From Clostridia bacterium (lineage in GTDB: Bacteria > Bacillota > Clostridia > TANB77 > CAG-508): a DNA stretch of 64,000 nucleotides. The stretch lies in NCBI GenBank assembly GCA_017510825.1, contig JAFWMA010000005.1, positions 6,428 through 70,427 on the forward strand, written 5' to 3'. Below are positions 43,158-52,787 of the stretch, piece by piece. The notes beneath the pieces are model-generated. The model made no database searches, was not told the DNA's origin, and worked only from the letters and a program-made list of their open reading frames with translations. Position 1 is the stretch's first letter. The number at the start of each line of letters is the position of its first letter. A program made the translations under genes and the position numbers.

Positions 43158-44342
43158 ATGGAAGAAAATAAAAACATTAAAATGGCTGAAAGCTTTGTGG
43201 GAGTACAAACACACACTAGTATTTTAAACAACCAAAATCTAAAAATAAAAAAAACAGGAACAATAATTGCAGAGGAGCACAGTGTGATTTATTCAAAGCA
43301 ATATTTACAACAAGCAGGAATTACATTGGTTGCACTTGTGGTCACAATAATTGTGCTTTTAATATTGGCAGGAGTAACAATAAGTTTAGCAATGAATGAT
43401 AATGGAGTAATGGACAAGGCTCAGTTTGCATCAAATATGTATGCAAATGCAACAAAAGATGAAAGAGTAATGCTTGAGGAAATGGAAGATTCGATAATAG
43501 ATTTATCAGATTCAAGTGGAATAGTAATAAAAGATTCAGATGAAAATAAGATAAATTTATCTCAAATTGCAAACTATTATGGAAAATATGTAAACTATAA
43601 TGGAACAACAGACAAGTACCAGCTATTTTATGTGGATGTGGCAGGAAAATATAGTAATGGAGAACCACGAGTGTGGTTGCAGTACAAAACATATACAGCT
43701 TTACCTGGAGCGTTAGGAAATCAATATAATTCAAGTAGAGATGATGAAATAATAAGTAATGAAGAATCAATAATGTGGCAAATAAATCCAGATTTAGATA
43801 ATAAATATGGAGTAATAATAAGAGGATTAAGTAGTTGGCAAAGCAATGTAAAGGAAGTAGCATATTTAAGTAATCCAGAAAATTGGAATGATACATATTT
43901 AGCAGAAGGAGATTCAGAAAAAGGAGGATATGCAATAGGAGGAGTAAGTGCAGAGCTATTCTGTGATTCCTATAATCAAGCAAGAGGTATAACTGATAGT
44001 ATAGCGAAAGATTATTTTGAAGCAAAAGCATTCAAAAAAAATAGTAATTATGGATATTTATACAAGCCTGGATATGAGAATGCAGGCACTAAAGATGGAG
44101 ATTATGGGTCATATACAGATAGTGCAAGTTATCCAATTCAAACAAGTATCTGTAGTGGTATATATAGGTTTAGTAATAGTAATTCACAATGCCCGTGGCT
44201 TTCTTCGATGTCGCCTGAAGCTGCTAACCGTGTGTGCTTTGTGTATGGTAGTGCTTTGAATAATGGAAATGGAGCTTATGCATATGGAGTGCGTCCAGCA
44301 GTTTCTTTACCAACTGATATTGAAATTCAGCTCATAAATTAG
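43158..44342 (+). CDS. Pilin-like protein with C-terminal CLec/DUF6273-like domain
   Basis: QAGITLVALVVTIIVLLILAGVTISL; C-terminus PWLSS...YGVRPAVSL. Start inferred from the AGGAG RBS and the paralog at 46710. Confidence 0.78.
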   Translation: MEENKNIKMAESFVGVQTHTSILNNQNLKIKKTGTIIAEEHSVIYSKQYLQQAGITLVALVVTIIVLLILAGVTISLAMNDNGVMDKAQFASNMYANATKDERVMLEEMEDSIIDLSDSSGIVIKDSDENKINLSQIANYYGKYVNYNGTTDKYQLFYVDVAGKYSNGEPRVWLQYKTYTALPGALGNQYNSSRDDEIISNEESIMWQINPDLDNKYGVIIRGLSSWQSNVKEVAYLSNPENWNDTYLAEGDSEKGGYAIGGVSAELFCDSYNQARGITDSIAKDYFEAKAFKKNSNYGYLYKPGYENAGTKDGDYGSYTDSASYPIQTSICSGIYRFSNSNSQCPWLSSMSPEAANRVCFVYGSALNNGNGAYAYGVRPAVSLPTDIEIQLIN

Positions 44343-44358
44343 ATGAATAAAACAACGA

Positions 44359-44386
44359 AAAAATGCAAGATTAATCTTGCATTTTT
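44359..44386 (+). terminator. Palindromic terminator
   Basis: AAAAATGCAAGATTAATCTTGCATTTTT perfect palindrome. Confidence 0.75.
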
Positions 44387-44560
44387 ATTTTTGTCAATGA
44401 CTTTTATGTTTTAATATTGCAATGTATAAAAATATTGGTGTTAAGATAGATATATGGACACAAAAGCGTGGATGGTGTATAATATAATTAGTTATGTAAT
44501 TCAAAATGAAAGAAGTGTCAAAGTGGGAAAAAATAAAGTTATAATATTGATTTTAAAAAG

Positions 44561-44788
44561 ATGATTGTTGAGCAACATAAAACAATAACAGAATTACCCC
44601 GTGAATATGACATGAGCCAATCAGCAATACATAAGTGGTGTAACTTATATGGAGAAATAAAAAATGATACTGGAGAAATAACAACAAAAACAGAATTAGT
44701 TGTTAGAGTAATTGCAAATGCAAGAATTAAAGGAAAATTCCAAAAAAATGCAATATTTCATAGTGACTTTAGGAAGTTAAAAAGATAA
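44561..44788 (+). pseudogene. IS3-family remnant: OrfA HTH fused to a piece of the OrfB integrase core
   Basis: TITELPREYDMSQSAIHKWCNLYGEI followed by TELVVRVIANA...AIFHSD (IS3 HSDxGS motif, broken). Confidence 0.7.
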
Positions 44789-44943
44789 ATAAAGTCTTTA
44801 TACTATAATATAAAGCAACAAAAATCATATATATTTGAAACTTTATGAAAAATATTGAAAAATTTCGAATATACTAGAAACTTCTTGACAAAATTATATT
44901 ATAATGTTATTATAGAAATTAGTAAGGGAAGGAGCTTATTTGT

Positions 44944-46149
44944 ATGATAAAACGTGAGAGATATTTAAAAAAGATAAGAGAATCATATGATAGTGAACTC
45001 ATAAAAATAATAATTGGAGTAAGACGTTCAGGAAAATCTGTGTTAATGACGCAGATAATAGAAGAACTAAAAGCAAGAGAAATAAATGATGACCATATTA
45101 TATACATAAATTTTGAAGACTATGATTATTCTGACTATACAAAGCCTAAAGAATTTCACAAATATGTGAAGGGAAAAATTAAAGACGAAAAGAAGTATTA
45201 TTTGTTTTTTGATGAGATTCAAAATGTAGATGAATTTGAGAAAGTTATAAACTCTTTTAGAGCAACATTGAATGTAAGTATATTTATTACTGGATCGAAT
45301 AGCAAAGTTTTGTCAGGAGAGTTAGCAACATATTTAACTGGTAGATACATTAGCTATAAGATGATGCCATTTACTTTTTCGGAATATCTAGAACTTCAAA
45401 AGAGTCAAAGGATAGAAAAAAGAAAAGAAGAATCATTTGAAGAGTATTTAGAATGGGGAGGAATGCCACAAATATACAACACCCCTAGTATACAAGAACG
45501 AAAAATGTACCTAAGAGATTTATATAATACAGTAATACTAAAAGATATTGTTGAAAGAAATAGCATAAAAGATATAAATACTTTAAATAGAGTCCTTCAG
45601 TTTATGATGGAAAATATAGGAGGTGTAATATCAGCTAATTCAATAACTAATTTTTTAAAAAATGATAAGATTAGAATAAGCGTTGATACAATATTAAACT
45701 ACATAGAATATATTACTAATTCAATGATTGTAAGCAAAGCACATAGATATAACATAAGAGGAAAAGCAGTTATGACATTGTTAGAAAAGTATTATTTAGT
45801 TGATATAGGGCTACTACAATTAAAAAATACGCAGGTTGAGAAAAAAGTAGGAGGAAGATTGGAGAATATTGTATATAATGAATTATTAGCACGTGGATAT
45901 GATGTATATATAGGAAAAACGGATAATGGAGAAATAGATTTTGTAGTTGATAATTTTGGTGAGAAGTTTTATATACAGGTTGCAGATTACCTTTCAAGTG
46001 ATGATGTTATAAAAAGAGAATTTGGAGCATATGATGGAGTTAAAGATAATTACCCTAAGTATGTACTAACAATGGATAAAATTGACTATAGTAAAGATGG
46101 AATTATTCATAAAAATATTATTGAATGGTTGTTGGATTTTGAGAATTAA
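44944..46149 (+). CDS. AAA_14 ATPase with DUF4143 domain
   Basis: GVRRSGKS, FFDEIQ, ITGSNS, LTGR, KYYLVDIG, LEN, EIDFV, YIQV. Confidence 0.9.
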   Translation: MIKRERYLKKIRESYDSELIKIIIGVRRSGKSVLMTQIIEELKAREINDDHIIYINFEDYDYSDYTKPKEFHKYVKGKIKDEKKYYLFFDEIQNVDEFEKVINSFRATLNVSIFITGSNSKVLSGELATYLTGRYISYKMMPFTFSEYLELQKSQRIEKRKEESFEEYLEWGGMPQIYNTPSIQERKMYLRDLYNTVILKDIVERNSIKDINTLNRVLQFMMENIGGVISANSITNFLKNDKIRISVDTILNYIEYITNSMIVSKAHRYNIRGKAVMTLLEKYYLVDIGLLQLKNTQVEKKVGGRLENIVYNELLARGYDVYIGKTDNGEIDFVVDNFGEKFYIQVADYLSSDDVIKREFGAYDGVKDNYPKYVLTMDKIDYSKDGIIHKNIIEWLLDFEN

Positions 46150-46709
46150 GAGGATGGAAGTATGAAGGTAAAATTCATAGTTACTGTAGGCAGATGGACT
46201 GCAAACAAAAAATAAAAAAGGAAGAATAAGTAATTTATATAAATATCAAAAAGAATTGCATGGATGTAGTGCAGAAGGACACATAAGTCATTTATTAGAA
46301 TATAGACTGGCTGTATAAACAGCTTATTTATAGAGCAATTTTGAGGGCATAAAGAGGGTATAAAAATTTTTTATAAAAAACCCGAAAAAAATTGACACTA
46401 TCCTATATCTTTTGTGATGTTGATTTTTCAATTTTATTAATATATAATGTTATTATCAAATTTGGTAAGGCTAAAAATAAATGAGGTGCTTAGAATAGGA
46501 ATATTTTAGAAATAGGACATAGGTGTTTTTTGTTTTTTTGAGGATGTCGAGTAATATAATGTGACTGAATTATGTTAATTTACCACACTGCTAATTTGCT
46601 TTCTATAATGTAATATTTGATGAAATTTTTTTGTGTTTATCGATTGTTTGATAGTATTTTGTTAAAGAGGTATGAGAGAATTCAAAGGAAAAAAGGAGAA
46701 TAGAAAGAG

Positions 46710-47978
46710 ATGGAAAGAGATAGAAGTATTAAAGTAGTTGAAATCCTTGTGGGAGTACATACAAGTATTTTAAATAACAAAAAGGAAAAATTAAAACAGG
46801 CTGAAATAACAATTGTAGATAAATACAATATGCTTCATTCAAAGAAATACCTACAACAAGCCGGTATAACATTAGTGGCACTTGTAGTTACAGTGATAGT
46901 GCTTTTAATATTGGCAGGTGTAACAATAAGTCTAGCACTAAATGATAATGGAGTAATGGACAAGGCGCAACTTGCATCAAATATATATGCAAATGCAACA
47001 AAGGATGAAGCAAAAATGGTGGATCAAATTGAGGGAGATGTGGATAATTTAACTGCTGGATTTATAGCTTTAAAATCATTAAAAATTGGTGATATAAATT
47101 TAAAAACCCTATCAAAAGAGGAATTCGAAAGTTTATATGGACTTGAAACTGATTATAAATCAAAATTGCATCCAAACATAAAATGGCAGTTGTTTTATGC
47201 AGATGAAGAAAATATATACATAATTGCAAGTGATTACGTTCCAAATTCTGAACTGCCATGTGATGGAGTTACAATAGGAAATCAAACTTTTAGCTCTACT
47301 GATTTAATGAAGTCAACAAGTACGGAGTATCAATGGTCAACATACTGTGCGATGTTTGCTAGTGACAATAGTTATAATGATTATGTAATGACAGAGGAAA
47401 GTGAATATAGAAAAGGTTCTCAATCATGCTTTTTAAAGGAAGGAGATGCAAATAGAAATCTGCTAGTTAGTAAATACTTAAAATGGGTAGATAATTATCC
47501 AGATAGTACAAATATAAATATTAGTGTTGTAGCATATATGATGGATAAAGAAAAATGGAAGAGTTTTGCTGATGGGATAGGTGGAGCATATGCTATTGGT
47601 GGTCCTACATTAGAGATGTTTGTAAAATCATATAATGAAGCAAATGTGAGTACACATACAAATAAACTAATTGGGTATGATGATGTGGAAGATACAGGAA
47701 AATGGAATGTTAATGGGTATGCGGAAAAAACAGAAAAGAATACTGGATGGTTATTTTATGGAACTTATGGTGATTTACCTACAAGTAGTAATAATGATAT
47801 GTGGGTAAGAAAATCTTCTATAAAAGCATGTGGATATTGGCTAGCATCCCCATCATCATGGACTTCTGATAGGGGAATAATAATATATTTTGGAGGATGT
47901 GTTTATTCTAATTATGTACATTCTTATGGCTATGGATTCAGACCGTTAGTTGTTATACCAAAGTCTATGATAAAATAG
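46710..47978 (+). CDS. Pilin-like protein with C-terminal CLec/DUF6273-like domain
   Basis: QAGITLVALVVTVIVLLILAGVTISL; YAIGGPTLEMF; YWLASPS...YGFRPLVVI. Confidence 0.8.
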   Translation: MERDRSIKVVEILVGVHTSILNNKKEKLKQAEITIVDKYNMLHSKKYLQQAGITLVALVVTVIVLLILAGVTISLALNDNGVMDKAQLASNIYANATKDEAKMVDQIEGDVDNLTAGFIALKSLKIGDINLKTLSKEEFESLYGLETDYKSKLHPNIKWQLFYADEENIYIIASDYVPNSELPCDGVTIGNQTFSSTDLMKSTSTEYQWSTYCAMFASDNSYNDYVMTEESEYRKGSQSCFLKEGDANRNLLVSKYLKWVDNYPDSTNINISVVAYMMDKEKWKSFADGIGGAYAIGGPTLEMFVKSYNEANVSTHTNKLIGYDDVEDTGKWNVNGYAEKTEKNTGWLFYGTYGDLPTSSNNDMWVRKSSIKACGYWLASPSSWTSDRGIIIYFGGCVYSNYVHSYGYGFRPLVVIPKSMIK

Positions 47979-48012
47979 AATTAAAAAAATATGAGTTATA
48001 ATAAAATGTAAT

Positions 48013-48053
48013 ACAAAAACCTCTTAATTTTCTTGAAAATTAAGAGGTTTTGT
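48013..48053 (+). terminator. Terminator hairpin overlapping the probable adhE promoter
   Basis: AAAACCTCTTAATTTTC-TT-GAAAATTAAGAGGTTTT; TTGAAA(48033)-17-TATTAT(48056). Confidence 0.75.
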
Positions 48054-48103
48054 GATATTATTATGGTGAAAAAATATACTGTATAGAGAAGGGAGATGAT
48101 AGG

Positions 48104-50698
48104 GTGAATGAAAATTACTGCACTGTTGATAGTGTGGAAGCATTAGAGGAAACCTTGAAGAAGGTTAGAAAAGCTCAAGAAGAATTTTCTAAATTTTCAC
48201 AAGAGAAAGTAGATTCTATATTTAAAGCTGCTGCAATTGCAAGTAACAATGCGAGAATTTATTTGGCTAAAATGGCAGTTGAAGAAACTGGCATGGGTAT
48301 TTTAGAAGACAAAGTAATAAAAAATCATTATGCTTCTGAGTATATTTATAATAAATATAGAAATAAAAAAACATGTGGAATTATTGAAGAAGATAAAGCT
48401 TATGGGATTAAGAAAATAGCGGAGCCTATTGGAATTATAGCAGCTGTTATACCAACAACTAATCCAACTTCTACAGCAATATTTAAAACACTATTATCTT
48501 TAAAAACAAGAAATGGAATAATTATTAGCCCTCATCCAAGAGCTAAAAAGTCAACAATAGAAGCAAGTAAAATTGTATTAGAAGCTGCTGTGAAAGCAGG
48601 GGCTCCTGAAAATATTATATCTTGGATTGATGTTCCATCATTAGAATTAACAAATCATTTAATGCAGAGTGTAGATTTAATTTTAGCTACTGGTGGTCCA
48701 GGAATGGTTAAATCAGCATATTCTAGTGGCAAACCAGCAATTGGAGTTGGAGCTGGGAATGTTCCTGCATTAGTTGATGATTCAGCTGATATTACATTGG
48801 CAGTTAACTCAATTATTCATTCAAAAACATTTGATAATGGAATGATCTGTGCTTCTGAGCAGTCTGTTATTATAATAGATAAAGTTTATGATGAGGTGAA
48901 ATCAGAGTTCGAAAAGAGAGGATGTTATTTTTTAAATGATGAAGAAATTGACAAGGTTAGAAAAACTATCATAATTAATGGAGGATTAAATGCAAAGATA
49001 GTGGGACAAAAAGCTTATACAATTGCAAAACTAGCTGAGGTGGAAGTTCCAGAAAATACGAAAATATTGATTGGAGAGGTCGAGCATGTTGATTTTTCTG
49101 AAGAATTTGCACATGAAAAATTGTCTCCTATTTTAGCTATGTATAAGGCTAATAGTTTTGATGATGCGATGAGTAAAGCTCACCAGTTAGTAATGAATGG
49201 AGGAATAGGTCATACATCTTCATTGTATATAAATACTTTAACTGGGAGTGAAAAGATTGAGAAGTTTTATAATAAAATGAAAACATGCAGGGTTTTGATT
49301 AATACTCCATCGTCACAAGGGGGAATAGGTGATTTGTATAACTTTAGATTAACTCCATCATTAACTTTAGGTTGTGGATCTTGGGGTGGTAATTCTGTAT
49401 CGGAAAATGTTGGAGTAGATCACCTACTAAATATAAAAACAGTTGCTGAAAGGAGAGAGAATATGCTTTGGCTTAGAGTACCTGAAAAGGTATATATAAA
49501 AAGACATTGTTTACCAGTTGCTCTCGAAGATTTAAAAGATAAGAAAAGGGCGTTTATTGTTACAGATAAATTTTTATTTGAGAATGGTTATACTAAAGTA
49601 ATTATAGAAAAATTAGAAGAATTGCAAATAGAACATACAATATTTTCAAATATAGCACCTGATCCTAATTTAGCTTGTGCAAAAGAAGGAGCTGAGTTAA
49701 TGAAAGCTTTTGAACCAGATTGTATAATAGCGGTTGGTGGCGGTTCAGCAATGGATGCTGGAAAAATAATGTGGGTGCTATATGAACATCCTGAAGTTGA
49801 TTTTTTGGATATGGCAATGAGATTTATGGATATTAGAAAGAGGGTGTATGATTTTCCTAAGATGGGAGAAAAAGCATACTTTGTTGCTGTTCCGACATCA
49901 GCGGGAACTGGTTCAGAAGTTACACCATTTGCTGTAATAACAGACGAACAAACTGGTGTGAAATATCCACTAGCTGATTATGAATTATTACCTAAAATGG
50001 CAATTGTAGATAGTGATATGATGATGAATGCACCAAAAGGATTGACATCTGCATCTGGAATAGATGCGTTGGTTCATAGCATAGAAGCTTATGTATCAAT
50101 GATGTCAACAGAATTTACAGATAGTATGGCCTTGGAGGCAATAAAAATAATATTTGAATATTTACCTAGGGCTTATGACAAAGGAGCAGAAGATCCTGAA
50201 GCTAGAGAAAAAATGGCACATGCAGCGACACTTGCTGGAATGGCTTTTGCAAATGCGTTTTTAGGAATTTGCCATTCGATGGGACATAAATTAGGAGCAT
50301 ATCATCATTTACCTCATGGAATAACAGTTTCATTAGTCTTAAATGAAGTTATGAAATATAATTCAGAAGATGCGCCAACTAAAATGGGAACATTTCCTCA
50401 ATATGAATATCCAAATACTTTGAGAAGATATGCCGAAATAGCAGAATGTTTAGGAATTGAAGGAAAAGATGATAATGAAAAATTAGAAAAATTACTTGTG
50501 AGAATTGATGAACTTAAAGATTCAATAGGAATAAAGCACACAATAAAGGATTATGGAATTTCTGAAAAAGATTTTTTAAATACATTAGATGTGATGTCAG
50601 AACAAGCATTTGATGATCAATGCACAGGTGCAAATCCAAGATATCCATTAATAGAAGAGATAAAAGAAATTTATAAAAAAGCATATTATGGTAAATAA
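48104..50698 (+). CDS. adhE: Bifunctional acetaldehyde-CoA/alcohol dehydrogenase
   Basis: [53 protein letters not shown]. Confidence 0.97.
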   Translation: MNENYCTVDSVEALEETLKKVRKAQEEFSKFSQEKVDSIFKAAAIASNNARIYLAKMAVEETGMGILEDKVIKNHYASEYIYNKYRNKKTCGIIEEDKAYGIKKIAEPIGIIAAVIPTTNPTSTAIFKTLLSLKTRNGIIISPHPRAKKSTIEASKIVLEAAVKAGAPENIISWIDVPSLELTNHLMQSVDLILATGGPGMVKSAYSSGKPAIGVGAGNVPALVDDSADITLAVNSIIHSKTFDNGMICASEQSVIIIDKVYDEVKSEFEKRGCYFLNDEEIDKVRKTIIINGGLNAKIVGQKAYTIAKLAEVEVPENTKILIGEVEHVDFSEEFAHEKLSPILAMYKANSFDDAMSKAHQLVMNGGIGHTSSLYINTLTGSEKIEKFYNKMKTCRVLINTPSSQGGIGDLYNFRLTPSLTLGCGSWGGNSVSENVGVDHLLNIKTVAERRENMLWLRVPEKVYIKRHCLPVALEDLKDKKRAFIVTDKFLFENGYTKVIIEKLEELQIEHTIFSNIAPDPNLACAKEGAELMKAFEPDCIIAVGGGSAMDAGKIMWVLYEHPEVDFLDMAMRFMDIRKRVYDFPKMGEKAYFVAVPTSAGTGSEVTPFAVITDEQTGVKYPLADYELLPKMAIVDSDMMMNAPKGLTSASGIDALVHSIEAYVSMMSTEFTDSMALEAIKIIFEYLPRAYDKGAEDPEAREKMAHAATLAGMAFANAFLGICHSMGHKLGAYHHLPHGITVSLVLNEVMKYNSEDAPTKMGTFPQYEYPNTLRRYAEIAECLGIEGKDDNEKLEKLLVRIDELKDSIGIKHTIKDYGISEKDFLNTLDVMSEQAFDDQCTGANPRYPLIEEIKEIYKKAYYGK

Positions 50699-50767
50699 AT
50701 TCACATAAAAATATATTATGAAATGATGTTATTAAAGCAAATTATTAGTTAATGAAAGGAGCAAGAT

Positions 50768-51529
50768 ATGGAATATAAATTAGCAAATCAAATAGCAAAA
50801 AGAAAAACAAAGCAGGTATTTAGAGATCGAGATTCAACTATAAAATTATTTGTAAAGAAGTATTCAAAAGCAGCTATTTTAAATGAGGCACTGAACTTAG
50901 CTAGAGTAGAAGAAGGAACAGATTTAAATATTCCTAAATTAAAAGAAGTTACGATGATTGATGATAGATGGGGATTAGTTATTGAGTATATTGAGGGTTA
51001 TTCATTAGCGGAATTAATGGATGATAATCCGGATAAGATTGATGAATATTTAGAATTGTTTGTAAAAATTCAATTAGAAATCTTTTCTAAGAAGGTGCCT
51101 TTATTAAATAAAATAAAAGATAAATATAACAGAAAGATTACAGAAACGGATTTAATTGATGAAGATGTAAAGTATAATTTATTACACAAATTGGATGGAT
51201 TAAAAAACCGTTCAAAATTATGTCATGGTGATTTTATGCCAAGTAATGTTATAATTACAGATAGTGGAAAGTATTACATAATTGATTGGGCTCATGTAAC
51301 TAGGGGAAATGAAAGTGCAGATGCAGCTAAGACATATTTAACACTAAAACTAAATAAAAAAGATGATTTGGCTGAAAAATATATGAACTTATTCTGTAAA
51401 AAAACAGATATTTCGAAGAAAGATATTCAAGATTGGATACCGATAGTAGCTGCAGCAGAAATAACAAAAGGTGACAAATCTGAATATAAATTTTTAAGCC
51501 AATGGATTAATGTTGCTGATTATGAATAA
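50768..51529 (+). CDS. Aminoglycoside-phosphotransferase (APH)-family kinase
   Basis: LCHGDFMPSNV and IIDW motifs. Confidence 0.85.
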   Translation: MEYKLANQIAKRKTKQVFRDRDSTIKLFVKKYSKAAILNEALNLARVEEGTDLNIPKLKEVTMIDDRWGLVIEYIEGYSLAELMDDNPDKIDEYLELFVKIQLEIFSKKVPLLNKIKDKYNRKITETDLIDEDVKYNLLHKLDGLKNRSKLCHGDFMPSNVIITDSGKYYIIDWAHVTRGNESADAAKTYLTLKLNKKDDLAEKYMNLFCKKTDISKKDIQDWIPIVAAAEITKGDKSEYKFLSQWINVADYE

Positions 51530-51537
51530 ATTGTAAG

Positions 51538-51573
51538 AAAAACACATAATTACTTGATAATTATGTGTTTTTT
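51538..51573 (+). terminator. Rho-independent terminator
   Basis: AAAAACACATAATTA-CTTGA-TAATTATGTGTTTTT. Confidence 0.8.
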
Positions 51574-51626
51574 ATTATATAATAAAAAGTGGTGTAATTA
51601 TACTAAGTTAAAGGAGGAATGATAAT

Positions 51627-52319
51627 ATGTTAAAATTAGTTTTAGTAAGGCATGGCCAAAGTGAATGGAATTTAGAAAATAAATTTACAGGATGGACTGA
51701 TGTTGAACTATCAGAACAAGGGGTAAAAGAAGCAAAAGAAGCTGGAAATATACTTAAACAAAAAGGATATTCATTTGATAAAGCTTATACATCAGAACTA
51801 AAAAGAGCTCAACACACATTAGACTATATACTTGAAGAAATGGGAGAAAAAGGAATTCCTATAGAAAAGAGTTGGAGATTAAATGAGAGACATTATGGTG
51901 CCTTGCAGGGATTAAATAAAGATGAAACTAGAGAAAAATATGGTGCAGATCAAGTACTTTTATGGAGGAGAAGTATAGATGTTAAACCACCAGAATTATC
52001 AGAAGATGATCCAAGGTTCCCAGGTAATGATTCAAAATATAGGAATTTGAAACCTGAAGAGTTACCAAAAACAGAAAATTTAATTGATACTATTAATAGA
52101 GTAATGGTGCTTTGGAACTCAGAGATAAAAAACGATTTATTAGAAGGAAAAAGAATAATAATTGCAGCACATGGTAATTCGTTAAGAGGATTAATAAAAT
52201 ATTTAGATAAAATTAGTGATAAAGAGATAATTAATGTTGAACTTGAAACAGGAAATCCAATTTGCTATGAACTAGATGATAATTTACAACCAATAAGGCA
52301 TTATTATGTGAAAGACTAA
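51627..52319 (+). CDS. gpmA: 2,3-bisphosphoglycerate-dependent phosphoglycerate mutase
   Basis: [33 protein letters not shown]. Confidence 0.97.
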   Translation: MLKLVLVRHGQSEWNLENKFTGWTDVELSEQGVKEAKEAGNILKQKGYSFDKAYTSELKRAQHTLDYILEEMGEKGIPIEKSWRLNERHYGALQGLNKDETREKYGADQVLLWRRSIDVKPPELSEDDPRFPGNDSKYRNLKPEELPKTENLIDTINRVMVLWNSEIKNDLLEGKRIIIAAHGNSLRGLIKYLDKISDKEIINVELETGNPICYELDDNLQPIRHYYVKD

Positions 52320-52434
52320 AAAGGTGATTTATGTTAGAAGAATATTCTAATATAAAAAAAAACACGAGTAGAATTCGTGGTTTTTTAAATATAAGAAAAC
52401 ACCTAAATAGTTTTATTTAGATGCTTTTTTGCTT

Positions 52435-52510
52435 TGGTGCGCGACCAGGGGGTCGAACCCTGGACCTTCTGATTAAGAGTCAGCTGCTCTACCAACTGAG
52501 CTAGTCACGC
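52435..52510 (-). tRNA. tRNA-Lys (CTT)
   Basis: GCGTGACTAGCTCAGTTGGTAGAGCAGCTGA-CT CTT AA-TCAGAAGGTCCAGGGTTCGACCCCCTGGTCGCGCACCA; 76-nt cloverleaf with encoded CCA. Confidence 0.95.
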
Positions 52511-52526
52511 ATAAAACACACTATTA

Positions 52527-52555
52527 ATTATACAACGCATTTTAGTATAAGTCAA
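52527..52555 (-). promoter_or_regulatory. SigA promoter of tRNA-Lys
   Basis: TTGACT-17 nt-TATAAT on the minus strand. Confidence 0.8.
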
Positions 52556-52787
52556 GCAATTTTATATTTTATTTTTAATTAAAAAAGAGTGAAAAAGATT
52601 TTTCCATTCGCCTTTCGCTATCACTTTAGTTAGTCGCTACGCAGAGTTGCTACACTTTATATTAGTACCTTTTGCTAATCTATAATTTTAAGTAAGCTGT
52701 GAATTGTAACAGAGTAAAATTTGTAAAATAGGAATAAAATAATGAGGAAAGAGTTTTAATTCCTCATTATTTTATATTTAAATATTA

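Noticed and set aside
44759-44788. TTT AGG A as a third +1 recoding site (HSD-F-R versus HSD-L-GS)
   Set aside because: It lies in a degraded IS3 remnant, and in-frame TTT AGG occurs in several intact genes (about 2470, 22246, 29146, 33731), so AGG is not a shift signal here.
52331-52420. 29-aa ORF MLEEYSNIKK... after gpmA with an AAGGTG RBS
   Set aside because: It runs through two terminator-like hairpins and has no recognisable motif; at most a gene-start remnant.
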